Assembly (NCBI GenBank): GCA_951406725.2
Contig: OX597824.1
Coordinates: 45,818,001 to 45,882,000, forward strand
Source of the DNA: Octopus vulgaris
Taxonomy: Eukaryota
Length of the DNA: 64,000 nucleotides
Reading direction: 5' to 3'
The position numbers and the translations under genes were made by a program. How positions within the stretch are numbered: position 1 is the stretch's first letter; the number at the start of each line of letters is the position of its first letter. The notes under the pieces were generated by a model that saw nothing but the letters and a program-made list of their open reading frames with translations, was not told where the DNA came from and did not search any database. Positions 40,694 to 55,600 of the stretch are shown one piece after another.

Positions 40694-43600
40694 TATTATG
40701 TGTGTGTATACCACTAATACAGTTGAACATAAATACCAATAATAAATTGTGTCCAGGTTAATCAATAGCACTCATTGCTACCTTCAGATTTATTTCACTG
40801 TGAATAAAGAGTTACCTTCCTTGTTTCATTAACCAATGTAACTGGGTCTCTTCCCCTATCCAACCCGCCACCACCACTAATCAAGTGTTGAGTAAAAATT
40901 ACACAAGTTTTATCATACATGAAAATTCAAAATTGCTTCCAATGTAGGCACTAGGCCTGAAATTTAGTGTGTAAGCAAGGAGTTGGTCAATACCATCGAT
41001 GCTAGTACTTGACTGGAACTCTGAAAGGACGAAAGCTAAAGTTGATGCTGGTAGGATTTGAATTCAGAACAAAGAGTAGGAAGACAAACCACAAGGCATT
41101 TATTCTGCTGCTCTAAAAATTCTACCAGCTCACCGACTTCTAACAATAATAACAATTGTAATAAATGTGAACAGTTCCTTCAGTTTGAATGACTGTTTGT
41201 TTCACGGTTAATGTTGAAATAATATATCCCTTGTATTATACTAGTCAAGATGCTCCCCAGAGATACCTTCTGCAAAGGGAAATGAATAGTTAAGTGGAGG
41301 CTAACATATTTAATTATATATTCTTCATAAAGGAGGCACCTTTTTCATTATTTTAAATTACCTTTTCAAGAATGTTTTGTTACTCATATTTTCTCAATCA
41401 TTCTAAGGTTATGCCATCCTGATGAGGTTCAATAACTCTGAGACATGTTTGGGGTCACCACAGTACTTACCAAAGACCCAGCTCATTCTTTAACCAAACT
41501 TTTACATTAATGTAGACCTCACAGTTATCTAACTTGCATTTTTAGACAAGAATTATCATTAACATTAATGGTTTTACTTTTCATTACAGGTTAAATTTGA
41601 ATGAACCCTTTATCATTTTAAACTGGCCATATGCAGCCCAAATATTCTATCTGTTTTATGTTCAAACTATCAATATCTGGTCTCTTACACCTACCCTACA
41701 ATCACATCATTGAAATCTCAAAGCTGCAAGATTAATTCAAAATAAAGTTAATGAATAAGTATTACATTTGATGGAGTAACTGGAATGCTAAAAGCTTAAT
41801 AAAATATTTTGTGGACCTCGCTATATTAAATATGTTAGATCCTCACTTTATCAAGATGCTTTTTAATTCTTTTGTTACCTTATTTCTGTTGAAATACATT
41901 GCTTTTGTTTGAATTAATTTTGAAATAATGAAGAATTTGGTAAAATAACTGTCATTAAGCTGGTATTTGGAGCATAAATTAACACAAAATTTTGATGGGA
42001 GCTTTCAATTTAGATCCCTTTAATCCTCTTGTTGAGATACTCTAAGTGTTTATTTCAATTGATTTTAAATATAACAAAGAATTTAATGAAAATAACGTTG
42101 TTATTAAACTAGTGTTAGGAACGTAAATTACAACTAAGTTTTTGTGGAAGATTTTAATTCAGAACTTTTGAAAACAAGACATTTGTAGAACAGAACCATG
42201 GTAGTCTTGGATGAGTTAGTATTAAAAGGGTTAAAACAAGAAGTTTGTAACACAGATCCAGGAGCAGTTTCAGGTGGGGTGATATCAAAAATGTTAGTCA
42301 AAAACAAAAGCAGGATGTTATATGAATGAAAATATGATAGCATCTGTTGTGAAAATGGGAAAATACTTTGAAAACTTAACAAAAAGATTGTCAAAACAGT
42401 GAATTCTGCAACCTTCACTTAAGAGTAAAGATATTTTACATTCATTTGAAAAGGTGTATTATATTTAATCTTTTTTTACTATATTTCAACACTATCTTTA
42501 TTTCAATTAATTTTGAAAATAATGAAAAATTTGATAATATAATTTTGTCATTATTTAGGAGATAGATTAAAATAAAATTTTGATAGGAGGTAGTTTAGAT
42601 CACATTAAAACAGGGAGATACAACATGGAACCAGAGGTATTTTAGTATCAAAAGGGTTAAGCTAGTGTTCAAAACAATATAAAATTTTGATGAACATAAA
42701 TTGTCGGAATTTTGGTTTAAGCACCCCATATAACTTCTCATAGTTTTTTAGTTTTGGGAATTTTCAGAAAACTTTTGTGAATTTTTGTTCTACACATGGG
42801 AATTCATACAATTAGGAAAAAAAATTTGTTTTTAAATTCCCAAAAATAATAAAAAAGTTATAAGGGGTTATGTGGGGTGCTTAAACCATAATTCCACCCA
42901 TAAATTAATACAAAACCTTGATGGAAGTTTTAACTTAAATAACTTTAAAACATGAAGGTTGCATCATAGAACCATGGATGGAATTTGGGTTGGTTAATAT
43001 CAAAATGGTTAAAGTGCGCTAAAACATTTTGCTTCTCAGTTTTTTTTTCCACCCCTTTTATATAACATGAACACCATTGGCATCATAAGCTAACACATAC
43101 AGCAGCCATTGAAATAAGAATTTCATCAAAAATATATATTCAAAAAAATTTCATTTTTAACCAAAATTTTAAAATAGATAAAATTAAAAAAAGGAGGAAA
43201 TTAAATACAAAATATGATACATCATTTTTCATGTTTTCCATGACAGTCTCTAAAAATAGACTTTTAATAAAATACCTTTAAAAAATATTAAGAAAATCAA
43301 TACTTTCTGATAGAAAGTATTGATTTCGTTATTATTTATTCTATAATTTCATTTTTTAATCAAAAATAATATAGTTTAGATTGCTCAGCATTAAAATGTT
43401 TATTAATTTATGTCATAAAACATTTTATTTATCACAAAACAATGAATACTTGACCATTGTTCATAATTAAACAAATGTGGTACACAGATGAAAAGATTAA
43501 AGAAAACCCAAAAGAAACCCAATTCCTAAGGTTAATAGAAAGAGAAAATAATAATAATAATAATAAATGCCCTGATAGTTTTGATGCATGTGTCTGGTGT

Positions 43601-46600
43601 ACTCTTATCAGATGGGTAGTCATGATGGGTACACTGGGCTTCGTATATTTTACCCTAGTATCACTTTGATGGCATACACTGCTCTCTCACTCAATAATAA
43701 TTCTTTCTACAATACACACAAGGCCTGAAATTTTTCGGAGGGTGGGGGGGGGGGCTAGTCAATTCTATGAACCCCTGTACTCAACTGGTACTTACTTTAT
43801 GAACTGCAAAAGAATGAAAGGGAAAGTCAACCTCAGCAGAATTTGAACACAGAACCTACAGCTAGAAGAAATGCTGTGAAGCATTTTGTATGATATGTTA
43901 ATTCTACTAGCTCACTGTCCCAATAATAATATTTGCCATGATGCAATACCAGGCAGTGGCTCTCATGGATTTTGATCTTAACTGATTGAAAGTGTTAATT
44001 TGTACAGGTTTTCTCTTGGTATAAAAGATGAGCTACAGCAAATATTCAGCTCAATACCACAGATTTGCTTGACCATAACTATTTAAGCATGTCCCATAGT
44101 GGCTGATATGTGTATCTCTGATCATGAGCAGGAGTAGTAGGGGAGCATCAGTCATGTATTGAAAGGGATTCTTTGGGGTTTCAATAATTCATCCCTGGAA
44201 ACATGGGTGCTTTGTTCATCATCATTAAACAACCCTTATTTAATGACCTTTTGAGCAGGATGGGCCAAATGATCTGAAGAAAATTCTAACTGGATTCCAC
44301 CTGCAAGCCATGAGCTGTTTATCTTGATATGAGGTCACCATGTTGCACACATATGGTTATTATGCATGTGTCTATTATACCCCTTTTCAAACCAGTAGTT
44401 ATCATGGGTATATTGGGGTTCATACATTTGTTCCCCAGTGTCACTTTGATGACATGCACTGCTCTCACACTCAGTAATAATAATAATGGTTCAAATTTTG
44501 GCACACAGCCAGTAATTTTGGGGGAGTGGGTAAGTCGACAACATTGACCCCAGAGATCAACTGGTACTTATTTTATCAACCCCAGTAGCACAAAAGGTAA
44601 AGCTGACCTCAGTGGAGTTTGAATTTAAAGTATAACACTGAAAGAAATACTGCTAAGCATTTATCCGATGCACTAATGATTCTGCTGCCTTGTTACCTTG
44701 ATGATGATGATAATAATAAGAAGAATATTTTAAATTTTGGTATAAGGACAAAAACTAGAGGTGGAACCTCTCAATTACTGCAACCCAAGTGCTCAACAGG
44801 TAATTGTTTTATTGATCTCCCAAAAGGGATGAAAGGTAAAGTCAACCTTGGTGGAATTTGAACTCAGAATGTAAAGACAGACGAAATGCCATTAAGCATT
44901 TCGTCCAGTGTGCCAAAGATTCTGCCAGCTCACCACCTTAATAATAATAATTGTTATTATCAATAATAATAATGTACATAAAAATATGTTTGAACAATAT
45001 TCCACAGACAAGTTTAAAAAGAAAAGTTCAATTTGTCCCTCTTCAAATGAAATTAATATTCAATGTTTCCTTCAAAGTTTCTAGGTTATCTACATCATTC
45101 TTATTAAATATATAACAAAATAGATGCACAGTACATTCAACATTAGAATCAAGGGAACTAAAAATAAAGAATTTTTATGATGTCACTCAAATTGACTAAC
45201 AAAATAGTCATCCTATCATAAAACGTGCTTACCACTGTAAGTGCCAAGATTAAAGATTACAAAATACTAAATATTCATGAGCAACAGTTGGCTATTGGAA
45301 AAATGCTAATGATTCCACGGAACTTGATAATGACCAGCCTAAGCATCTCAAATCCTTTTATCAGCCCTTGATATGACATAATCTACTTAATCAGAACAAG
45401 AATAGCTTTTACCTATTGAATCATTGAACGATTTCTATTTCTATTTTATACACAACACAGTGTAAATCAGAAGAACTGAAATAAATCTAAACACTACAAA
45501 ATTTTGCTGTGAGTTAGATAAAAATGTAAAAGTATTCTTTCTATGTTATTGATGTGTAGAGGAAAAGAAAGAAGGAATCTCCTGATGGACCATTTCACAG
45601 TTTGTTTACTGTTCTTCAGACAACACATACATGGCTTTCTTCCCCAATTCAATAGCATAGGTTGATGTCTAAAGAATCTCTCTTTATGTAGTGTATTTAG
45701 ATAAAGCCAGCTTCATGGAGTTCATCATTCAACAAGCTATCACTATGAGAATTTTAGTTCAGCACTGTAAACTTAGAAAATTATGAAGATCTTCCTATTG
45801 TAGATTGATAAATTGATCCTCACCATGTTGCATATTCAATGCAGTATCTATGAAAGAAGATGAAAAATTTGGTCTTTCAGTCAGCACCATATTTACTCTA
45901 CTAGAACCAGATGGCTGCTTTGAAATGTCAGCAACATGTAAACATATGCAGTATAGGAGCAGTTGTTGTTACTTAATGCCAACAACTCAACTACAATATA
46001 GGGACCAGCTTATATCTTTAGCATTTAAACTACCCATATCAGGCCGATACATTTTCTCTTTTTTATGTTCAAACTGGCCAGATGTTACCCATCTACACTA
46101 CAATGTCATTCTAAAAATAAACAACCACATCAACATCTCAAAGCTACAACATAATGTATAGTTAATTCAAAACAATGTGAATAAATAAGCATTACATTTG
46201 ACAAAGTGAGTTGAATACTAAAGGGTTAAAAAGCCAAATTAAGCAGAGTAATAAGTCTAGTGACAAAGACTTCTGTAATGTTTGAGTCTTGACCTCAATA
46301 TCAAGAATTACAAGTCAGTATCTTAACTATTATGCTTCTCAAAGCAACCATCTGAAGGCCGGTGCAATAGATGATAAAAAAAAATTCTTAGAACAAGTCT
46401 GAGAGGTGAGTTTCAACATTTTAAGCAGGACTATGATTGTTGACTAATTCAGAGTATTATTAATGACAATTAATTGTCATTAATACTTCCTTAATATAAA
46501 AAAGCTTATTTATCCCAGTTTCAGATAATATCTGCTTTGCTAATTCAACTAACCCCATACAGCATTCATCACCAGTGTTTTTTAAGTTATTTTTGAATTA

Positions 46601-49600
46601 CATGTCTCACTTGACCAGAACGAAAACAGAAACAGTAATAAGAATGGTAAATAATGTCTTTATGAGCAAAAATTCAAGGACCTGAAATAAAACAATATAT
46701 AAATAAGTACCAAAAATTTATAACAAATATAGAAAAACAAAAATAAAAAAAAAGAACAAGATAATCCTTGTTAATTGCAACATAAGTTGCAATGAAGAAG
46801 AAATATCTTGCATTAAAAAGAAAGAAATTATAATCAAATGTTATTGAGCACACCACCACCACCACAACCACTTGACATTTTCAAATAACAGGCTCCCATT
46901 TTTGGTTTTAGTATTACATGCAGCAGGGGTCAAGAGAATTATTAGGAAGACTAAAAGCAATGCTCACCTGGATGCCACATCAAGAAAGAATCAAATGATC
47001 ATGAAATGGGAGAAATAAATAAAATATTAGGCACTTCTGTAAAACTGTAATAGCTAGCTGTCTTTGAGAAAAACTTTCAATTTCAGGGTTTAACTTGTCA
47101 GCCCACAATTTCCATAGTCAGAACAATTAGTAACAAGTGCTGTTAATCAGGACTTGTTTAATTGCTTTTGCTCTGTCATTTGCCTAACTGCACTAATGAC
47201 ATGCAAAAGTCATTACATACTGTTCTCAGTATGGTCCGTTATAAGTTTCCATGAACTAATAATGTTAATTACTGAAACCAAAAGTTTTTCCCAAATTGAA
47301 CTTGTCATTACAAAACCTTCAAATGGACATACTGCAAACTGAAAGGAATCAAAGCAAGATGCACTCTTACACTTTGCATAACAGTAAATTGAATTTCAGT
47401 TGTTAAGAAATATCTAGAAGTTATTTATGGTAAATGGGAGAGTGGGATTCAGGAGTCAAAAGGTCAAATTCTGGAAAGGAAAGGAATAGATGCATATAGC
47501 TCAACTTTAGAATATTATCAGCACTATCTAATGATTTCTCCATCAACAACATGAACAGAAATGAAAATTAATATTGTCCCCACAGTATTTAAACATGAAG
47601 TTGTAAAACTTCAATTGGCTATCAGCTAATAGTGTTGTATTTGCTGATCTCTTGTCAAATAATATTATAGTAAACAACTATAATAATATTTTAATAATGT
47701 AATTAAAACATATGGAAGCACTCAAGAGATAGTTAAAAATAAGTATTAAAAACAAATTTCCACTCGGCACACCCCTGTGGCTCACTGGTTCATGTCAAAC
47801 CTTTTGACCTAAACCAGCATGGAAAATAGACATTAAATTATGATGAGAGACATTCTGTTTTAATTAACAACTGACTGCTTTCCATAGTAGCAACTTCTTA
47901 TTTCCCAAATGAATAAATATGTTGTCAAATAAAATAAAATAGAAAGTATTAGGTGTAATGTCTTAAATATCACCATGCCAACAAAACACTAGCTCCGTAG
48001 GCCCCTCATTTAGTAAACCCTATCATAAAACAAGTGTATTCAGTGCTGAACTATGATTTCTGTACATTGGGTTAAACACATCCTCATCAAATGTAGTTTT
48101 TGGAGTTAATACAAGTTTACCACAGAAAGCTTTTCCAAAGAGAACCAAGACATTTTCATGTAATAAATGACAGTGAATATCTTTCTTTAATCGAGGCATC
48201 ATCCAGTCAGACTGATTGCCCAGGCCAGCCTGACTACATCTCTCCATCCCTCCCGATCTTCCATTAATGTTTTTAGGACTTCAACTTGGCATCCAACATC
48301 TTCTGCAAGCTGTTGTATATATGCCTTCCATGGTCTTCCAGTTGCTGTGGTACCATGATTTGGTGTCCACAGCAACACATTACTCACAAGTTCTACTTTA
48401 CTTCTCCAGCAGTGGCCAGCAAACCTCAATCTCCAGTCTGGGATGGTTGATGAGAAAGTTGGTACATTCCCATATAACCATTGTTTTGTTGGGTTCTCTC
48501 CAAGAAATGTTGAGTACTGCATGTAACATTCTGGTGTAGGCACTGTCCAACATGCACTTGAGTCTCTTAGTGAGAGTCCAAGTCAGAGATCCATATACAA
48601 GCACAAATTCAACAACTGCTCTGAAAAACTGTCTCTTCAATGTATCTGGTAGGGTTGACTTCCATATTGTTCCAAGACTGTCTATAGTTGCCCAAGCCTT
48701 AGCAACATGAGATTTAGTATCTTCTTCAGTTGACATGATATTGCTGCCTAGGTAAGTAAACTCATTGACATTTTTCAAGGGCTTCTGTTTGATGGTCCTG
48801 ATTTCACCTCTCGTGTTCAGGATGATAAACTGTCTTCTTTCCATTCGCATATAGTCCTATGTTAGTGGCAGCATTTTCCAGGAGATGGAGTAAACATTCT
48901 TTTGTGTTGTCAGTGAAGAGCACTATGTCATCAGCATAATCAGCATCAGTCAAGACCACACTTTCACTCAGGTGTTTTTTATACAGCATCATTACTGCCT
49001 TTATTGTTTCATCAGGGATTCCATATGCCCTAAGGATTTCTGCCATCTTATCTCTGTGTATAGAGGCAAAGGCCTTGGAGAAATCAACTAAAAGCAGAAC
49101 TGCTTTAAGGTTTTTGGCTCACACTCCTTCCAACACCCTCCTGTGAGAATTTGACTAGATGTAGAGCAGCTCTTCCTGAATTCATTTTGATTTTTCCTAA
49201 GAACTCTTTCAATTTGAGGTTGGATTCAATTGAGTAGCAATGCATTGTAAATTTTCACTGCAATTGGTGTTAATGTAATTCCTCTGTAGTTTATTGTAAG
49301 GCCCAGATCCCCTTTTTAGGGAAAGGCAGAATACATCTTTCTGTCCAGACTTTTATCTCACTTTGATGATATACTGAGTTGCACGATTTGAGAAGAATGC
49401 CATTGAAATTGCCGGTTTTCCAGACTTCAGGCGGGATATCATCCAATCCTGCAGGTTTTTGGTCTTCCTCAGTATGACTTCAAGCTCTTCTATAGAGAAG
49501 GATCCCTGCTTGGTATCCAGGACCTCTTCAACAATACAATGGATCTGCAGATTTGATGTATTCAGTGATTTCTCAAGGTTTTGAAAATGGTCTTTTCACT

Positions 49601-52600
49601 TACTCAGTCTCTCCTGTAGGCTAGAGGCCTTCAACTTCACTTTGAAGGATTTCTTCCGACCACTCCATTTACTCTCTGCCATGCTAAAGAAGACTGTTTA
49701 TTGTCTTCTGCATTTTTGGTTTTGTTGATTTGGCTTTGAATGTATTTTTGCTGTTCTATCTGATATAATACATTAAGTTCTTTCAGCACCTTTGTTTTTC
49801 TATTTAAGTTTCTTCTTGTAGAATTCCTGTTGCACTGCTTGGTTATTTCTTTTATGCTAATTCTTTTTGCAAGCACTGTTACTTACCCAGGTGGCTCTTC
49901 ATTTCACTTCTGGTCTCAAAGGGATGCATTTTTCAGCAGCCTCATAATGAGCTTGGGCGCAGTTGAAATATGTTGTGTTTGGTGTGTAATCTACATTGGC
50001 ATCATGTAATACATCAAAGCAATTTCTGAGTTTAATCATGAAATCATTTTGGACTCTCTCATTGTACGTCAGAATAACCCAGTTGTAGGGTGGTCTTGAG
50101 GTTCCTTTTATCTTGTTTGCTCAGAGGCTTACCTGAAGCTTAGATGTTATCACTTGATGGTCAGATGATGCACCAAAGAAAGTGTTGTATGCTTCACAGT
50201 TGTGGCAGCTGTTAATCCACATTTTGTTCATAAGATTTGAATCCATTTGGGGAAGTACGGGTCAACTTCTTTCCCAGTCTCTTCAGAAAATAAGTGTTCA
50301 GGCACTGAAGTTTGTTTTCTACCAAGAGGTGCTCCAAGTATTCTCCATTTCGGTTTGATGGAACAAGTACTTATGATGGGGATTGTCATAGCCTAATTGT
50401 GCATTCATATCTCTGCCAATGATGAGGATATTGTGTTTTGGTATAGATCATACAAGAAACAACAAATCATTGTAAAAATCTTTGACCTCTTGTTCATTGC
50501 TGACATTTGTTGGGCTGTAGCAGCAGGTGACAGTAGTAGAAGGGTTACCATTGAAATTGGCAACTATTATTCTAGATGTTATTTTCTCAATACTGTTTAG
50601 TGATTTTAGGGCATGCAGGCTGAGTAATAATCCACACTGCCACACAAAAGTCCAGTTGTTATTGAGTTCATGATGAGATGGTGTTCCTGTACACACAAAA
50701 TGCCAATATGAAAGTTGATAGCCGATGCAGCAAGTTCTGATATTTGAGAAGGATATGCAAATATCTTGGTATGATGAATAATATTGAAATCTTGGTGCAA
50801 TCAATAACAGTGAACATCTTAGAGTAATGCATGATGACAGTGAATGATGGCAGGGATCAACTTGGCATTGTTCATGATGCCAAGTGAAACCTTGTTGCAA
50901 TGAAACAATGACAGTGAAGTCTTGGTGTGATGAAACTTGAACAATAACTGTTTCATCAGAGGTACTATCTTTCCTCACAAGAATATTTATAAGTTCACAT
51001 AGAGGTTACCAGATGGTAGCTCACTGAACCAGATCATGCCAATGGAAATTGGTGACAGTCACTGATAGTAAAAGAGCTTTTCCCAGGGTCAATGTATTTA
51101 GTAACAACCACTTGATAACTGCTACAGTGAGACTGAAAATTTGCAAAGTGAAGAAAAAGGGTTAGCAGCAAAAACAACTTGGCATCACCAAACTTAATCA
51201 TCCTAACGCCAAACAATAGTTTATCCTGGAAATCTGTGTTGTTGCTGATACAATTGAGAACAATAGCCTAATTAACATCAAGTGGAATGGGGTGAAGAAA
51301 ATTTGACTCGAAGCAGTAACCAATATCTTCAATATTGATAAGATAAAAGGAATAAGGAATTGCTAAAAGACAAGATGTTGGGAATGAAGTTATTGAAGGT
51401 CTGGGAGCAGGTCCAACTACCCTAAAAGTCCAAGGACAAAGAAGTCAAAAGGGATATCAGAAAAGACAAGTGATTTTTTTATGTTATGTGAAGCTGCAGC
51501 CAGGAGAGAAAAGACTACTGTTTATAAGATCACAAAACAGTGTTGTAGCAGCAACACCAGTCAGTCAGAAACAAAGATGACACCATTATAACAACTGAAT
51601 AAGAACAAACATCAAGATGGGTCCAACACTTCCAGAAAGTGCTAAACTCTTCTACAAGACAAACTAACCAACTCTCAATCAAAAGAAGATGCTCCTAACA
51701 TTGACTATTACCCCTACAGCAATTAAGACTAAGGAAGCTAAGCCATAAAGAGTAGTAAAGCATCCATCGGAGCATACTGGCTTCATTCCTTGTGAGCTTA
51801 CACATGTCCTCAGCAGTCACAGCCCATATTTCACTACCATGTAGCATGGGTGTTCGTACACATGCATCATACAGTCTACCTTTTACTCTGAGTAAGAGGC
51901 CCTTTATCACCAGCAGGGGTAAGAGCTCTCTGAACTTTGCCCAGGCTATTCTTATTCTAGCAGCTACACTTTCAACGCACCCTCCCCTGCTAGTGACTTG
52001 GTCACCTAGGTAACAGAAGCTATCAACTACTACTAGTTTTTCTCCCTGGAATGTGGCAGAAGTTGTTCTCTGCACATTTTCAGTGTTTATTGCTCCTGAG
52101 CATCTGCCACATACAAAAACTATCTTCCCAGTTAGCTTTCCTTTGATATTGTTGCACCTCTTAAGTGTCCATAGCTTACACAGGGTACATCTTATAGAGT
52201 TTCTACCCATGCCTTTTCTACAGATTGAGCAGGGCCATCTACCTGAAGGGATTTGTGGTTTGTCTACCTTCCTACTTATTAGGACTTTGGTTTTAGCTCA
52301 GTTGACTCTAAGGCCCTTCGATTCTAATCCTTGTTTCTACACTTGAAACTTCTCCTCTAGTTCTAATAGTGACTGAGCAATTAGAGCAAAGTCATCCGCA
52401 TAGAGGAGCTCCCAGGGGCATCCTGTCTTGAATTCCTCTGTTATTGCCTGGAGGACTATGATAAATAGGAGGGGGCTGAAGACTGAACCTTGGTGAACCC
52501 CTACCTCTACCTGGAATTCTTCACTGTACTCGTTGCCAACCCTCACCTTACTGACAGCGTCCCTGTACATGGCTTGCACAGCTCTCACTAACCATTCATC

Positions 52601-55600
52601 TATCCCTAGTTTCCTCATTGACTACCAGATAAGGGATCAGGGGACCCTGTCAAAGGCTTTCTCCATGTCAACGAAATCCAGGTACAGAGGTTTATCTTTG
52701 GCTAGGTATTTCTCCTGCAGCAGTCTTACCAGAAATATAGCATCAGTGGTGCTTTTCCCTGGCACGAACCCAAACTGCATATCATCTAAACTGACTTTCT
52801 CCCTAATTAGTTGGGCTATGACCCGCTCCATGACCATCATTACCTGATCCAACAACTTGATACCTCTGTAATTATTGGTATCTAAAGCGTCACTTTTACC
52901 TTTGTAGCAGTTGACTATGGTGCTGCTACACCAGTCATTAGGTATAACTACTTCATGTATCACCTGGTTAACTATATGGGTGACTAGGCTATAGCCGACA
53001 CTGCCAGATATTTTGAGCATCTCTGCAGTGATTCCTGATGGGCCGGGGTTTTTCCCTGTCTTCATACTCTTAATTGCTTTATCTACCAAGGTACTGTCAA
53101 TTCGGACAGCTGGTCCCTCTGTTGGGTTGACATTTAGCAGACTCTCTTTCTCTCATTCTTTTCTTTATTGAGCAATCTTTCATAGTGGCGTCTCCAAGCC
53201 TCTCTCTTCACAGCCTCGTGTAGTGCAAGTGAACCATCATCCATGCGGACACATTTCTCTCCTACAACATCATGATTCTCTCTCACAGTCTTGCAACACG
53301 AAATACCTCAAGTCTTTGATCCTCACAGTGCAGAACATTGGCAAATATTTTATCTGCTTCCCCTCTGGCTAAATAAGCCTGTTTCCTAGCTTCCCTTCAG
53401 GGAGTCTGATACAATTCCCTGCTACCACCATTCTTCCAGTCCTAAGCCTGTTTCTTTTCTCTAATAGCCCTGTCAACAACATTATTCCACCACCACGTTA
53501 TTTTGGGTCGAGAGGGGACTTTTCACTATCCACAGATCTGGTCAGTGGCCCTCAGCAGGTTGTTCCGTAGAAACTTCCAGTTGTTTTTTACATTGTGTGA
53601 CGCTATATCCCCTTCTATTTCGTCAAAGGTTTCAAATAACAGGTCTCTAAATCTCTGTCCATTCGCAGGATCTTTAAGCTTCCAGACTCTTCTCCTCCAT
53701 GCTGGTCATCTTCTGGGCAACCACTTAGCCCTGATCCTGAAGTCACTAACTACCAGTTGATGTTGTGGGGTACATTCTTTGCCTGGGAAGGTTTTGGCAT
53801 TTATAAGCAGCCATCTTTCTCTTTTTCTGGCAAGGATGTAGTCAATTTGGCTAGTGTGTCTGCCAGAATAGTAGGTGACTAGGTGACTGGCAGGTTTCCT
53901 GAAATTAGTATTGCAAACCATAAGATCATTTGCATTGCAGAACTCCAGCAGCCTGGTTCCCTCCTCATTGCAGGAACCAAAACCGTAGTCTCCATGTATG
54001 CCATGGAAGCCCCCTGTATGTTGTCCAACATGTCCATTGAAGTCACCAGCCACAAAGAAAAGGTCTCTGTCATTTGTCAATGCGGTAGTCAGCAAGAGGG
54101 TGTAATAGAATCGGTCTTTCTGTCCATCGGGTAGCCCCGGCTGAGGGGCATAGGACGAGATAATGGTTGCTAACCCATGATGAAGCACCAATCTAATCTT
54201 AAGTATTCTGTCACCTACTCTGACTACCTCAATTACCTTATCCACCCATTTCTCCACAAGAAGTATACCCACGCCCCTGACCCCATCAGTGTTCCCTGCC
54301 CAGAAAATTTTGTACCTGTGTTCTTTGCCTGTGGAGAACCTAGCGGAACCTCCTCTCCACCTTACTTCTTGGAGGCAGCACATATCAACACATTTCCGTT
54401 TGTATCACGAACTAGCAAATTTAGATGAGAGTGTCTTCTGGATACGTATTCCTTCGGCGGAGGTAAAAAAAATCGTGATGGGGAATCTGAGTGCATGCGC
54501 TAGTTTATATAGGGTGGTGGTGGAGGAAGTCTTGGCAAGGCAAGTGGTAATTGAAAGAGAGAGAGAGACAGACAGAGTGAGGCCAAGAGTAAGAGATAGA
54601 CGGAGTGAGGCACAGAGAGAGGGGTTAGTGGTCAGAACACAAGGGAGAAAAACATTCTTTTGGGATTTGTGTAGCATAATTTAACGAGACCTCAAATGTT
54701 GATAATATTAAAATAGAATTGAAAAATCTGAGAGTTTTCAGCCAATCTAAGACAAAATTATATATATATATATATAAACACCCATATATATGCAGAGTAT
54801 TAATCCTGTAGAGGTGTAGGTAATTAGCAATAAGAACAACATGATAAGTTTTAAAAGATAATCTAGTCTGGAGAAAGAACCAACATAAATAAGAGCATAT
54901 ATATTACAATAATAATCAGTTTAATCCAACTCAGTAGCAGGTGGTGAGATGATGGTATTAGTGGAAAGTGTTATTAAAATAAGCAAAGTAGCTAGTTAGA
55001 AAAGTTCAATAAGAGATGAAAGTAGTAACTATACTAAGAAGTAATGTTTATCGCCATACTAGTATGGTTGTTTGATGTTACTATCGTTTTAACCCCAGGC
55101 AGATCCTCTGCCAGTGGGTTACTGATGCACCCTGCATATACTGCAAGCAGGGGAGCGAACCCCTTCCATCCTCTAGCAGATGACAGGATCATGAGGCTGA
55201 ATGGTTTTGGACTACATATGTCTGTCTTCAACAGGATGGTTCACTCCCCTACTTGCAATTGATACAAAGGTTGCACTGGTAACCAGCTGGTGAAAGATCT
55301 GCCTGTTATGGTAGTAACATTGAACAGCCATTTGATGTGAGGATAAACATTACTTCTTATTATTAAAATGTTATATATAAGAGTTTTTGTTGTTGTATTA
55401 CTGCTTTTTAATAATTCCAGGTAGTTTTGCTGGAGCAGCATACTGGTATTAACCATTTAGCATTTAAACCAGCTATATCTGGCTAAAATATTCTACCTGT
55501 TTTATGTTCAAACTGGCCAGATTTGGCCCCTCACACTTATCCTACAATATCATCCTAAAAATTAACAGTTACCTCATAAAAATTTGAAAGCTATAAGACA

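Noticed and set aside
46345-46372. TATTGCAC miR-92-like seed on the minus strand
   Set aside because: The remainder does not match miR-92 and I see no proper pre-miRNA hairpin.
50448-50978. 176-aa ORF
   Set aside because: Chimera of a degenerate ~28-bp tandem repeat and the LINE APE domain.
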